From Salpingoeca rosetta (taxonomy: Eukaryota > Protista > Choanoflagellata), in assembly GCA_033442325.1 (NCBI GenBank), contig JAWQFM010000007.1:634765-698764 (forward strand): a stretch of DNA of 64,000 nt, read 5' to 3'. Positions 1 through 14,640 of the stretch are shown one piece after another. Within the stretch, counting starts at the first letter, position 1. Every line of letters begins with the position of its first letter. A program made the translations under genes and the position numbers. The notes under the pieces were generated by a model. The model saw nothing but the letters and a program-made list of their open reading frames with translations, was not told the origin of the DNA and did not search any database.

Positions 1-358
1 ACAAGCAGCGCCATCAGTCATCCACCACACACAAGCACGTGCAGCGAATTCACCACCACCAACTTCACCACTGGCCGTTTACACACGTGCACGAGCTGCT
101 CGAGCTCCGTCAGCAAATTCGGGGGCGCATCATCCTCGCGGCGGCAGCTGGTGGTGACGGTGATGATGATGGTGGTGGTGATGATGGTGGTGATGATGGT
201 GGTTTGTAGGTGACAACACACACACACACACACACAAGACAAAAACACACACAAGACAAAAACACAAACGAGCGCGGTTGTGCAGTTGTTAGCAAGCAAA
301 ACAGCGGATAGAGGAGTGCTGCTGTCACTGTGTGACCGTGGCATATGGCAAGATATGA

Positions 359-1894
359 TTATGATTGATCGTACTCGATGCGAGATGTGTTCGCTGGTCG
401 CCCGTCGCTCTCAACATCACGCGCAATCTCCTATCGTCGTACACGCACGCACACACAAGCATGATACATGAGCACACGCACACAACCGCACGCACAAGCA
501 TGAGCACACGTACACAACCGCACGCACAAGCATGATGCATGAGCACACGCACACAACCGCACACGCACGCATACACAACAAAAACTGTCCAACCTCTGTG
601 ATGCTCAGGAGCGCATCTGAAATGTCTCGATATGAATGTCTCTGTCAGCAACAAAACAAAAGTCACATTGCACGTGCGTATGTGAGTGGGTGAGTGAGTC
701 TGTGTGTGTGTGTCTGTGTGTGTATGTGTGTTTGAAGGCACGACAAGCTTTCAAAAGAAGAGAGAAAGGAAAGCAAGCAACGGCGCACAAGCAATTGCAT
801 CTAGAATCCCTTCACACACACACACACACGTACTCAAACGTCGCGTGCAATCACAAACGCAATTGTTTCATCACCTCATACAGGGCGTCAACGACAGTCA
901 AGTCCTTCGTGGATGTATCGTGTTTGATGCCGTGCTTTGATGTCAATGCGACTGAAGGCAAAGAAACTGACACACACACAACGCAACACACGTGTGCGCG
1001 TAACACATGCACACATAGCATGCACATAGCACACACACACACATAGCGCATACACACACAACACACAAAACACACACACACACACGCACACACCATCAAA
1101 TTCACATGTCCCCGCAAACGCGTGTGAAGGTGTTCATGGTTCATACCAGCTTGTCGCTGTGCACAAGTTTCCTGAGCTCCTTCTAACAACGCACCACGAC
1201 GACCACGCACGCATGTGTGAGAGATAGCGATACGGTGAGTGCTTGGGGGTCAAGGCGCAACGACAGCACCTGTCAATCTCACCTGGCATTCACCTTCGGC
1301 GCCGTATCCATCCATGAGCAGCCGTTGCTTCTCCCTGATGGCACGATGCGAGCAAGGAATGCAACGTCATGGATGAGGGGACTGGACGGAGGGGACACTT
1401 TGCAATCTACACTGGACAGAGTGAACCGACCGCTGCAAACACACATACACACACACGCACACACACATACACACACACACAAGCAACATACACAAGCACA
1501 AGCAAAAATGCACACACAGTGCCGCTTACACTTCAAGGAGGCGGTGCTTCCCGTTGTACACATCAGCCATGACTGTTGCCAGCGCATCCAGCCGATCAAA
1601 GTGGTGCTGCATCTTATGTTGCGCGGCCTGCATAGCGATCACGACACAAAGGTGCACAATGAGGCGACTTGCTCAAGGTGGGCACCTGCACGACTAAAAT
1701 TCACTCTCACACACACACATATACACACGCATCACAACAAAACAAGGAAGCATTTGTCTTCGACGACAGCAAAAGGGGCACCGTACGCCTTGAATGTAGC
1801 GGTGAACGGCGTGCTCCTGCTTCTTCGACCTCAACTGCTGCGACTCTTGAGCTGTGAATTCATTGTCCCACAAACACGCACAGTCACATGCATA

Positions 1895-1941
<47 letters not shown>

Positions 1942-2172
1942 TGGGGGAGGCAAGGCAGCGACGTCAACGGCACAACCCTAGGCACAGCCCTAGGCACAAC
2001 GACGCAGACATGCCCGCGCACCTTGCTGACAGAGCTTGTGTTGGAGCAGACGCACTTCCTCCTCCAGCGCTTCAATTTCACGTTCCACCTCTTCCTCGCT
2101 CATCTCAGGGCCCTTCAGCGCCCTCTTCTTCTTGCCCGGCCCACCCCTCTTCCCTTTCGGTCCCTGCACCAT
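359..2172 (-). CDS. Hypothetical coiled-coil protein with basic N-terminus (multi-exon; resembles ciliary coiled-coil proteins such as CCDC153/DRC12)
   Basis: ATG at 2172 gives MVQGPKGKRGGPGKKKRALKGPEMSEEEVEREIEALEEEVRLLQHKLCQQ, then a GT donor. Further spliceable exons lie near 1851-1790 (AQESQQLRSKKQEHAVHRYIQG), 1627-1527 (AAQHKMQHHFDRLDALATVMADVYNGKHRLLEV), 1334-1283 and 1182-1147. The 3' exons and stop (about 359) are uncertain. Confidence 0.4.
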
Positions 2173-2305
2173 CGTGCTGGTGTTAGCGATGCCGTCCGAC
2201 TGCAAGCGAGCAAGCGAGGATGCAGGACCAGTTTCGATTGCTGTTGCCGGCAGTGACGGTTTCGGAAGATTATGAGAAAACATTCGTTGATTTTCAGCAT
2301 CCAAG

Positions 2306-2745
2306 ATGACGGCGATGACAGCGAGGTGTTGTGTGTGGTGGGCGGCTGTTTGGCTGGCTGCTAGCCACCTTGTTGTGCTGGATGGCCGTGTGGCTGCACG
2401 TGACCCGGACGACGTGGCCTCCTCCCTCATCGACGATGCAGAAAGCCTTCCAGTTGTTCAAGAACAGAAGTGAGCACCCGTCCTCTGCTTTGATGCGGAG
2501 ATATGGATGTGTATTTTATGGAGTGACATGATGTGTTTGTGTGCGGCTGTTTGAAGTGTGTGTTTGTGCTTGCGTTCCTTGGTTTGCATTCACGTGTCTG
2601 TGTGTGTTTGTGTGTGTGTGTGGGTGTATCAAACGGCTCGTGCTTGTTGCACTGTGTGCTTGATAACACCGCCGCTGTTCATTGCATTGACTTGCCGTGT
2701 TTGCTTGTTTTTGTTTTTTTGGTTGTAGCTCACCTGTCGGCCACG

Positions 2746-2806
<61 letters not shown>

Positions 2807-3358
2807 GCTCCACTGCTACACACTCCACCGGCAACAGGGATGACTTTCAGCCGTTTGATGTTGAGGAGCTGTTTGACGAGATCACCAAGGACGACGTTGG
2901 CGCCGTGCAACGCGCTATTGACTTGGGCTTCGATCCAGAGGGACACGCGGTGTGTTCCACAGCACAACAGCTGCTTCATGCCTTTCCTTTCGACATTGTT
3001 CAAAACCATACACTCCACAGGCAGTGCTTTCTATCACACACAGTGCTTTCTATCTCACGTACAACCATACCTCTGCACACACATGCACACACACGTTCAC
3101 ATGCACGCACATTCATACACATACACACGCACTCGTGCATGTGTTGACGGCCACCGCAGGACCGAAGTGGGGAACTGGCGTTCCATCATGCTGCCTCTGT
3201 GGGTGCGCTGAACGTGTGCAAGTTCTTTGTCAATGTGTTGCTCATGGATGTGAACACGCGGCACAGCGACGGCTCCACGCCTGCCATCGTCGCAGCGTGG
3301 CACGGCCACAAGGTGACCACAGTATGTCATTGGTCTGCTAATGTGCGTGTATGTCTGT

Positions 3359-3428
<70 letters not shown>

Positions 3429-4329
3429 GCTCTCTGCATGTATCGATGTCGACGCATGTATGTGCAACAATCCCATCAAACAAACACCTTGGCATATACA
3501 CACCACCGCTGCCGTGCGTGCCCTGCAAGGATGTGCTGGACTATCTGATTGAGAAAGGCGCTGACGCGCACGCGAAATGCTACAACGGCTGGAACGCCGT
3601 GATGGGCGCTGTGTATTGGAACGAATACGGTCAGTTGACAAGGGAACCACAAGAAGGATGTTTGGCACCACTGTCTCACCAGCCACAGATACGCCAACAA
3701 CGGATTAACACACCAGCAGTGGCGTTTGTCCAAATGCAGCCACGCGCATGCACGCAGCCACCGTAACATCAACCTCACGACCACTGCGCCACCACAACCT
3801 CACGACCACTGCGCCACCACTGCACAGATATGCTCCTTTATCTCGCATCGCTCGGTATTGCATTGGACGAACCGGAAAAGGATGGCGAGTGGACGCCCCT
3901 CAAAGTCGCGGCAGCCCGGGTAAACCATGGACACACACATGCAGTCGTAATTGGTGGTGCTGAATGTGTGTGCTCGTGCACGCACGTAGTTGTAGTGTGT
4001 GCTCGTGTACTTTCTTTGCCCTTGTCCTCGCCGCGTCTCTCTGTGTAAAAGTGTGTGTGTGTGTCTATGTTCCGCTCTCCTCCCCAGCTTTCCCTCATCC
4101 AACGTCCAAACACACACTACACACACACGCACGCACGCACGCACGATAGGGCCATGCGCATATGGTTGACTTTCTTCTTCGCCACGGAGCAGATCCGCTC
4201 TTCATCGACAGCAGGGGACGGACACCGAAGGTACCGCACAACTGGCGGTGGTCGCAATGGCGTGCACTTGTGATGCTGTGCAACCTTGTTAACGCGTGTG
4301 GCCTGTTGTGGCTACGGTTTGCTCATCTT

Positions 4330-4365
<36 letters not shown>

Positions 4366-4549
4366 GCACACACGCACACGCACGCACACACGCACGCATA
4401 CACAGATGCTTGCAGAATCGAAAGGGTTTCATCTGATTGCAGAGCGATTGGCTGTGGCGGAACGAGAGCGGCGGAAACACCTTGAACTTGAGGGAATGGA
4501 AACAGCACACACACGCACACATGCGCATGACATGCACGATGAACTGTGA
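2306..4549 (+). CDS. Ankyrin-repeat protein with N-terminal signal peptide and C-terminal HDEL (7 exons)
   Basis: ATG 2306 gives MTAMTARCCVWWAAVWLAASHLVVLDG (hydrophobic leader). Spliced exons contain ANK motifs GELAFHHAASVGALNVCKFFV, DGSTPAIVAAWHGHK-DVLDYLIEKGAD, GWNAVMGAVYWNEY, EWTPLKVAAAR-GHAHMVDFLLRHGADP and GRTPK. Ends ...HDMHDEL* (TGA 4547-4549). All junctions are GT-AG and in frame. Confidence 0.85.
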
Positions 4550-5050
4550 CGACGCAGGCGAGCGGCAGGACTCCTTCCCCCCTCCCCTCCCCCTCCATTG
4601 TACTTTCCGTTGCCTTGTGTTCATCTCAATGTTTTGTTTGTTACACACGCACACACACGCACACGCATATCGCCTTTGTTCTTCAAACACGCCGACACTG
4701 TGCAATTGTATCTTGTAATCGTACATTGCAACTATTCATATAAACAACCGTAGCACTACGCACCACGTGCCCCACAACACGCTCATGTCCATACAAACAC
4801 ACCCACCCAAATCTATGAACAACAGAACAACCAATTACTTGCTCCAAAAGCACCGCAACGCACCGAACAACTACGTGCATGTACATTCACACCCTTCCTT
4901 CCTCCGTCCCTCCCTCACACAACACAACACAACACAACACAAACACAGCACAACACAACACAACACAAACACAGCACAACACAACACAACACAAACACAG
5001 CACAACACAACACAAACACAACACAACACACACGCGCATATCCCCTGGCA

Positions 5051-8000
5051 TCAAATGACGGTTTCATATGAGACAACATCGCCCTCAACAGAGACGCGCG
5101 TCACGCCAAACTCAACCAAGCTCTCATCAAACCAGCCAGCACCCTCATCGTCCTCGTTGTTGTCAGTGCCATCGCTCGGGTGCCGCCCACTGGCGTGCGA
5201 TCCTGTGCTCGTGTTCACTTGCGACGATGACGACTGTGACAGCCGTTTTTTCACGTCTGTGGACGTGTTCACGCTCGCACCACTGTCACTGCCCCGCAGC
5301 TGGCGTGTGGGCCCTTCTGCGTGCACCGCGCTCCCATCACGTGGTTGTTGTGGTGCATGATCATGTCGGTGCTGATCCTGTTGCTGCTGGTGGTGCGTGT
5401 TGATGACGACGACGTTGTTGCCTGCACCCATACCGGGCACGTGCAGCGCGCACTCCGTAGCGGGGGAACAGTGTCCGCTCGAGGCTGAGGGCGACGCCGG
5501 CGAATCGACACCATGACGGCCACCACCACCGTCCCTGTGATACGAGGCTGCGTTGCTTCCATGTTGGCCGTTCGTGTGTCCTTGATGCTGCTGGTGATGG
5601 GTTGAGCTGCGACCTGCGAGCGAGAATGCTCTCGTCGTTGCAGCAACGGCCTGTTCGCCCCGCCTCAGCGCCTGCGCACATGTGCACGTGCACGTGCCCT
5701 TGGCGGCCGCCTGACCACTCTCGCTCGGCAGGGAGAGGGATCGACGTGCCTCGTCCACGTGCAAGGCACGCGCACCAACACGAGCACGACCATCTCCGCC
5801 ATCAGCAGCACCACAGGTGCACGCCCGGTGTGTGGCAGATGCGCCGCGCACACGCGCACGACGCGAGGATGGCGATGAGCGGCGAACAGGGCTCTGGCCA
5901 ACCATGGCACGCGCCTCCACGACAAGTTGCATCAGGCGAAGGCGGCGGCGGCTCCGCGGTGACAGCGGATTCGCACGAGAAATGTTGCATGCAGGCACAG
6001 TTGCTGCTGACGTCATTGTGTCTGTACCTGCTGTGACTGTGCCTGTTGCTGCTGCTGCTACTGCTGCTGTTGCTGTCACCGTGGCGGCATCGATGGGTGC
6101 CCCTTCGGCATCCTTGGCATCCTTGGCACCCAAGCCTGTTGGCGTAGCATCACTGCCATCTGCCGTGCTGGCAGTGATGGTTGATGCGGTGCTGTTGTTG
6201 TCCGCGCCAAGAGCATTACTGGATGCGTCACCATCACCAGCAACATCGTCGCCACCACCACCATCAGCGTCATCATCATCATTGTCGTCATCATCACATT
6301 CCTCGTGGCCACCGCAGGCGCTCGTCCCCTTCAGCTGTGCGGACAGCATTGCGTAATGCGCACCAAGCACCGAGCTGCGCAACTTCTGTGCTGTGTGAAA
6401 CGGTGACGCCATCAACGACAACCACGCGCGGTCGTGCTGGTGTTGGTGGTGTTGGTGGCTGTAGTGGTGTGACTCCTGGTAACCATGGCGCTGGGGACTG
6501 GTTGACGCGAGCTGTGTCGCTGCCAGCGCAACAGTGGAAGCGAGTGCATCATCTGCATGCCCGCCGTCTTCACACACCTGCGATGGTCCACTTTCTGCCC
6601 CGAAATGATGATTCTGCGCGTGAATGTGATCCTTCCCGCGTTGCTGAATCCACGGTCTGCCACGCCTGTCCTGTTGTGCCTCCCAATCACCGCCGCCGCC
6701 ACCTTGCTCTTGTTCTTGTTGTTGCTGCCAAAGCCACGGGCGCAGAACGGCTTCAATGTCCGCACCAACAGATGACGTGCGTCGACGCGGCTTCACACCC
6801 ATGCCTTTGCCATCACTATCATTGTAGCTGGCGATGGCATGCGCATCACAGCGTGCATTGGCGTTGCAGCTGCTACTGTTGCTTCTGTCCGTGTTCTTGC
6901 CGTTGCTGTTGGTGTTGGTGTTGGTGTTGTCGCTGTCGTGGATTCCGAGCAACTCCTCGCGTGTGATGCGTCGTCCACGCTGCTGCCGTCGAAGTCGCGC
7001 CTGGTCATCTGCGCTCACACCACGCCGCCGAACACCTTGCCGCTGTTGCTGGTGCCGCCCAAGATGGTGGTGGTGGTGGTGGTGATTGACCTGGTCACCG
7101 TCACGCTGTGATGTGTTCGGTCGCCCGCGCGTGGGTCGTGTGACCGCAAGGCGTGGTTCGCCTCCATAATTACCAAACCCAACACCACTACCATCAGCAC
7201 CATCATCGTCTGCATCGTCGACAGCGCGGATTGGTGAGAGGTCGCGCCACTGCTGCGCAAACTGGTCCTCAGTCTCCATACGAAGGCCGCTGTCCTGCAC
7301 ACGTGCACTGCCGCCATCGCCACCAACCGCTGACTCGAGAAACGACCCATTCATGGACTGTGCAGATGTGTTGAAGGAGGCGTTATGCTCGCCCAGATGT
7401 CCATTTGCTGTTCGCAGTCCCGACAACCACGAGCGCTCCCCTTCATCGAGCGACAGGTTGGCAGCCACGCCGCCTTGCTCTGTCCGGCAGTGAAAGCCAT
7501 CGGCGTCGCTGCTATTCTGCTTCATATCATCACGGGCTGTTGTTGTGGTGGCAAGCATCGATACAGACATCATGCGGTTGCCGCTATCATCCCTGCGCAG
7601 AGCAGAGGTTGACTGCCCGCACTTGTGCTGCTGGTGCTGCCGGTGCACGTGTGCGCGTTCCTCCACCGTTGTCAGTGCACGCGGCATGCGTCGTTTCGTG
7701 CGGGCACCCCGCGCAGATGCAGGCGACGTGAGTGTGGCGAGTGCAAACTGGCGCCGCCGCTGTGCGCTCATTCGCACAGGTGATGTTCGATTTGCCTTCT
7801 GCATGAGCGCAATGAGGGATGGGCTGCTTGGGATGTGATATGGAAGGCTCTCCTCCACAATGGTCTTGAGTGGTGTTGTTGCCACTGCTGACGCAGCATG
7901 TGCTCGAGCGAGAGTGGCGGCGCCGACGGGCGTGTGCGGTGCATCCTGCACAGCAGCATCACCTCCCTGCTGCCGGTAAGACTGAAATTCTTCAACACGC

Positions 8001-8249
8001 TCCTGTTCACCTTCTTGCTCTTCCGCGTCGCCTCCTTTCGCCGCTGTGCGTGCTTGGGCATGGGGTCTTCCCTTCAGCGGGTGCTGCTGTGGCTCTGAAG
8101 ACACAACCTGACTGCCATCATCACTATGAGCATCACCAACATTGGCATGTTGAGGCTGCTCCTCACGAGTGCCATCAACACTGCTGTCGCCCTTTTGTAC
8201 TGCCGCCGCTGCCACAGCTTCCTCCGTTGTGTTGTTGTTGGCGGTGTTG

Positions 8250-8281
<32 letters not shown>

Positions 8282-9377
8282 GGTGTTCTCCTCGGGTGTG
8301 GAGACGGGTCGGAGAGTTGCATCACCGCCACTTGTTGGCGTGTCTGCGAGTGCGGCCGTGTTGAGCGCAGCAGGTGTTCCCCTTTCACTGCCTGCCACCG
8401 AGGAGTGTTGCTTGTTGTTGTTACTGTTGCTATTGCTGTTGTAAGGGTGGCGGCTGCTGTTGGGAGTGGTTGCTGTGGCGGCCGCATCATCATCGGTGGT
8501 GCCTGTACTGCTTGGGCATGACGCCGTCTCACCCCTCTGTTCCATTCCTCCTCCTCCACCTTCTTCTTCTCCTCCTCCTCTGCCTGCTGCTGCTGCAGTT
8601 GCTGCTGACAACGGTGCCTTCCCACCCCGCACGTCGTACTCGCTCGCGTGCGTGCTGACGCTCCCGGCGATTGGCGGGCGCTGGGGTCGCCACGATGGCG
8701 AGCGCTCGGGACGGCCGCTGCGTGGCGGGGACGAGAGCACAGACTGGCGGCGCACAACAGCCGATGGCAGCGAATCTGGCTCACGTCGCAGCACAGACAC
8801 CTGCGCAAGCATAGGTAGGCGTTTGGGGAGGGAGGATATTGCGCTCATGTGAGCAAGTGTGTGCCCTTGCATGCGCACGTTCGCTTGTTTGTGTGCATGT
8901 GTGCATGTGTGTGAATGTCCAAGGAACGGTTGCGAGTGATTGTGACTCACCCTCAGGTATGACTGGAGGCCGTAATCGCAGTGCATCTTGTACGGATGCC
9001 ACATCATCAGTTCCTGTCAAGCGCAAGCATGCAAATGTCCCGCAAGACATGTCCAAATTAGTTGGCGTGTTCGTGCTGGCGTTTGTAAGCATACGTGTAC
9101 ATGTGCGTTTACATGCGTGTGTGTATGCGTGTGTGTGTGTGTGTGCTTGTGAGCGTGTGAAAAGGTGTGCGAGTGCGTGCGTGTGTGTGTTGTGTGTGTG
9201 TTTGTGTGTCTGTGTGTCTGTGTGAAAAGGTGTGCGAGTGCGTGCGTACATACCCTGATGATCTTGGCGACGAGCTGCCACGATTCAAGCGCTTCTTTCC
9301 ACGGCCGTTCGCTTGCGGACCACGCCTCCTTCGCAAACAGCAAATCCTAACGATCGCATTGTGTGCACATGTACGTA

Positions 9378-9421
<44 letters not shown>

Positions 9422-11072
9422 CGCCGCGTGAGGAAACCTGAGGCCGTAGCACATGCATGCATGCATGCATTCTGTTGCGCAAAGAAGACGCCGCAATACT
9501 GGTGCCATGACCTCTATCTCACCTTCAAGTGAAGCGGAAGAAACGGCAGTTTTGGTTTGTGGCCCGCATTTCTCCAAGCATCCCTGTTACATGAGATGAA
9601 ACAAAACAATTTCAGGTGAGCTATGCCTGCACGCGCAGAGTGGCACCCCTTCCCCCTGTTAGCTGCGCACGCACTCGGTCACGCAAGACACACACACACA
9701 CATACACTGCATGCTTTGTCAAGCAGCCCCATTTCACAATATTATGTTGCGCCAAGCTGCACTCCTTCCCTGCTACTCCTCCCCCAACCACCACCACCAA
9801 CCTGTATGCCTTCATGTTTCTGCTAGTGTCAGTAAGGCGGTCCAAAGATGCGTGCAAGCGCTTGTACTTGTCCGGCAAGTTGCGCCACGCCCGCTTCAGC
9901 GTCGAAACCTGATACCACGCCACAGAGATGCAAGAGCATTGCGTAAGTGAGTTAAAGCGTTGGTGCACACACACACGTGTTCGTATGTGTGTGTGTCTGT
10001 GTTGCAAGTGTTGCGTCATAGTGCTTGTGTATACATTTGTGCGCGCCCCGTGATGCGGTGTGTCTCGTTGCATGATGTTGAGTCATTTCATGGAACTTGT
10101 GCTTGGTGCTCAACCAGAAGTACACGCAACGCGCGACATACCTCGCGACACGCCAGCGCCCCCATGATGGCGAAGAAGGAAAAGTAGTTGTGCAGCTTCA
10201 AGCTTTCCTCTGCCACCCGTAGAAATTTCCTGCAGTAAATACCACCACCACCACCACCACCATCATCGCAACAACAGCAGCAGGCAATCGACATTGGTGA
10301 GGACATTGTTGACGGATTGGGTAGACACAGCACAAGTTGAAAAGGCGTGGCCGCGTGTCATGTGTGTGTGCGTAAACAGGCAACCATGCGCACACGAAGA
10401 ATATTGTAAGAAGCAGCACACACGTGCGCGCACGCACACACACACACACACATCATACGCGCGCGCACCATCACCAGCCGCACGTCCACAAAGCACAACA
10501 CGATGTCTCCAGAAATACACACTCGCACAGACATGTACTCAAGCAAGCAAGCAAGCAACTGCCATCCACGCTTACGCAATCATGGTGGCTTGTTCCTTGC
10601 GCGTCTTGTGCTGGACAATTTCAGCAGCAACCCACTGTCCTTCGTCCTCGAAACGCAGAATGAGCAAGTGAAGGTTTGGCGCAGTGGCGTTGAGGTCCTG
10701 CTTGCTGCCTGAAAACGCTTGCTCAATGTATTCGCGCGGATGCACGCGTTTAAACAGGTCATAGTCGTACAACGCCATCTGCTCCGCCAGCGTGTGTGGC
10801 GGAATCTGCAGCACGATGCCTGGTGTTGGGCCGACGCCCTGTTTCTGCGCGTGCAACACGGGCTTGGGGAGGCCGTGTGCCTGCTGGTACTCAACAGCGG
10901 CAAGCACCTCATCCCTCAGCCAGGCATGCGTCGTGTCACAGTGCAGGTCTTCGATGGTGCGGTGCAGTGCAGCCACGTACTCGGGGCGCTCCTCAAAGTC
11001 AACCCAATATGCAACCACCCAGTGCAACAACAGCTGTTCGCCATAGCGAATGAGTGCGTTTGTGTGTGTTTG

Positions 11073-11154
<82 letters not shown>

Positions 11155-14100
11155 TGTGTGTTGTAGTTGAAGGATGGTTTTAGTGAGCGACGCTTGGTCA
11201 ACAAATGGCAGCAAGATTGGTATTCAAAACAATTTCCACCACCACGCCCTCACATAACACCAGCATAGAAACATACACATTCACACAACACACCCGCACC
11301 CACGCCACACAAATGTACCTTAACACAAACAAGTGACACATCGCATATGTGCGCACCTCAAGCACGTGAACGGTGTTGTCCACGAAAGCCGGCGTCGATG
11401 CTGTGGATGCACGCGAGAGTGCTGCGCCGGTTGCGTCCGCGGACATGTGTGTTTGTCGCGGCTCAATTGGCGGCAGCATCGCCATTCGCACCAGCAGATC
11501 AAGCAGTGCTTCTGGGTCATACGCCATGCGGTAGCACAGCAAGAACACAGCCTGTGCATTTGTGTGTTTGCGTGTTGTGTTTTGTGTGTGTGTGTGTGTG
11601 TGTTTTGCGTGTCGAACAGGTGGCGTGTGAGCGAGAGGGGCGGTCCTTTGGTGTGCATCACAGATGTAAGCGTAATGCACACGCCCTTGCACTTTACACA
11701 TGTACCCACATATGCACATACACGCATGTGCGCGCACATACATACACACATGCACACATGCACACATACACACATGCACATATAAGCAGACATCTGCACA
11801 CAACACGCACCAGGGGCGATGTGGGAATGCCGCTGGAGGCAGCACTCGTGTTTTCAGACGTGGAAGATTGTGATGCAACGAGGCGAGCATTGCGTGGCTC
11901 TGCGTGTGACACCCACGGAAACGCAAATTTGAGCCACTGCTTGCACTTCTTCTCCACAATACGTGACAGCGCCTCTGCATCCTTCGCTGGCGAGTGTTTG
12001 CTTGCAAGCACCTGTAAAACACGCAAGGAGAGGACGGGCATGTACGACAAACACACAACAACAAACAGAGAGCGCATGAGAACATGAGAAATCATCTCGC
12101 AAAGCATGCAATAAAAGGAGACCAACCCCCCCCCCCCACCCACCACACACACACACACACACATGTAGACGTAGATGTAGATGGGCTTACGTGACAGACG
12201 CGAAGTGCCTCTTCTGCAAGTTCATCAAACGATTGAACATCAAGGGAGATGCCAGTGGCCAGCAACAGGTTCTCACGGCTGCCCGGCCTGAACAACACAT
12301 ACACAGGCAAGCACAAACACACATACAAGCACATGCACACGCAGCCGATAATGTGAGGCGCACAACTATTGTGGGTATGATGCAAACTTCACACGCATCG
12401 ACTTTAAACACACACACGACACTACACACACAACACAGACGCGCGCAAACTTCACTCTCGCACAAACCACCCGCGTGGTTCGTGCGCGCTCACCCTGATG
12501 CTCTGCTGGTCCAACTCATGTGCCTGTAGAGCGTTTCCGATGCAGATGAGACGCTGCCCCTGCGCACCACATCCTCGATGTTGGGTGGTGGCGGCAGCCC
12601 CTTTGGCGACGACGCCGCCGCCTGCGCGCTGGAGTGCTGACTCAGCATTCCTTTCACGGCGTCCATCAGGCGTGCGGATGTGCTGGCCATCTCCTTGAGC
12701 ACGTGTTCGCGCTGCTCCGCGTCTGCCATGCCCTGCGGCACGTATTCCACAATCTTCGAGAACTCGTGCCTCAGCGGGGCTATTGCTGCCGAGTAGCGCG
12801 CTGGTGTTGCATCACACGCGTCTTGCACAACCTGGCGCGTGCGGCGTGTGCGTGTGGAGGGAGGGAGTGGGGAACAATAGCGTGTGTGTGCATGTGTGTG
12901 CGTGTGTGTGTGTGTTTGTGTTTGTTTGTGTTTGTGTTTGTGTGTGTGTGTGTGTTTTGTGTTTTTGTGTGCGGGTGTACATGTATGTGCATGTGTGAGT
13001 GTGTGAGTGTGTGAGTGTGTGTGAGTGTGTGCGTGACAGTTGTTGAGTGCATTGTAAAGTGTAGCGAGCCGGTGAAACATGAACACACGTCCCTGCAAAC
13101 ACCCGCGTGTTTGCCCATCTCCTTCGGTGCAACGCACGCACGCATGCACACACGCACACACGCATGCACACACGCACACACACACATGAACATATATGTG
13201 CACGCACGCACCTTGAGGAGGGCCTTCGCGCTGGTGATTACGGTCATGGGCTGCGATGAGATGGCAGCAAGCAGCATGTCAATGTGCGCCTGACTCAGCC
13301 GCATCAGCAGCTGTCGTGTGTCTGCACCTGCTGCTCCGCTTGCCAATGCCGCAGCTGAAACACACAACAGCACGAGGCGCACACAAATGACACGCATACG
13401 TCATGAGTATTGGTGGTGGTAGTTTGGTCTGGGGAGGGGGGCCATAGCACAGCTTGCCACTCTCAAGGTGTGCAAAGTACCACAATAACACAACAACGAC
13501 CATTAAGCCTGCACTCTGGCTGGCTCTGCACAATGACAGTTGCCAACCTGATCGTGAAGCGGCAATGTCTTTGCGGACGCGTTGCGGGGAGAGGCTGTTG
13601 CTCTTTTTCCGAAGGATCTTTCGCTCCATCTTCTCCCGCTGCTTGATTTCCCACTCCTTGATGTTCTTCTTGTTGAGCGCTTCCTTCAGGAACGCCTGTG
13701 CTTCATATGCGTCCTGAAACTCAAACCCATACATGGTGCTTGACTCGCCCTCCTTCTTCAGCACCACGCACAACTGCACGACAGCGGCAAGAGAAGGAGG
13801 AGGTAAGGGGGGGGGTTCAGGGTGTGAGAGTGTGAAAATCAATCCAATAAAGTTCCCAGCACGTACAGAAGAAGAAGGCGTGACTGCTGTTATGTGTGTG
13901 TGTGTGTGCATACGAAAGGAGCGAGGGTCCCCACCAAGCCAGTGCAGCCAACAGGCCAGCAGTAAAAGGACACATTCACACATGCACATACATTCACACT
14001 TGCGCAGAGGCAGCAACATGTGTCTGTGTACCGTGTTGTGTGAGCTGAAGATGGAGATGCGCTCCATGGAGGGAAAGTTGCAGCTGAAGAGTGGCGGTGC

Positions 14101-14640
14101 GGTGGCCTGTTGCGGGTCACGTGCGTACACGCCTTCATCATCCACACCGCAGAGCACCTGAATTGCGCGCAACAACACACCAGGAATGTACACATCGCAA
14201 GTACAAGGCATGTTGCGTGAGAAGCAGCACAACTCAACCCATCATGCACATGGACACGCATACACACACATAACACACGTGCTCGTGCACACAAGTACAC
14301 GTACATACACACACATGCACACACATACACGATTGCGTGCATGTACGCGCCCACGCACGCACATGCACATACATGCACTAACTCTCGCATGCAAACACGC
14401 AACACTCAGCACGCATGTACACATACATGCACACATACATGCACACACACACACACACAGATAAAACACCCGCACAAAACATACCCCTCGCTTGCCGCGC
14501 TTGCTGGCTGTGATTGCCTTGAGACCCGCTTGCATGCGTACAGCAGCGGAAGTGCGGCCGTTCACGATGAGAGACCCTCGAAACACGGCCGGCAGCTCCA
14601 GCACCTCCTGCTGCCACAACTGGCTTCCTTGCGACTCCAT
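5051..14640 (-). CDS. Ras-family guanine nucleotide exchange factor (PTB-like N-terminus, helical region, REM, CDC25 domain, long low-complexity C-terminal tail)
   Basis: CDC25 motifs across exons: IPPHTLAEQMALYDYDLFKRVHPREYI, APNLHLLILRFEDEGQWVAAEIV, FLRVAEESLKLHNYFSFFAIMGAL, STLKRAWRNLPDKYKRLHASLDRLTDTSRNMKAYR, KPKLPFLPLHLK-DLLFAKE. REM-like AVFLLCYRMAYDPEALLDLL and LLHWVVAYWVDFEERPE. Start MESQGSQLWQQ at 14640; final exon of about 3.7 kb runs from about 8800 to 5051. Confidence 0.85.
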
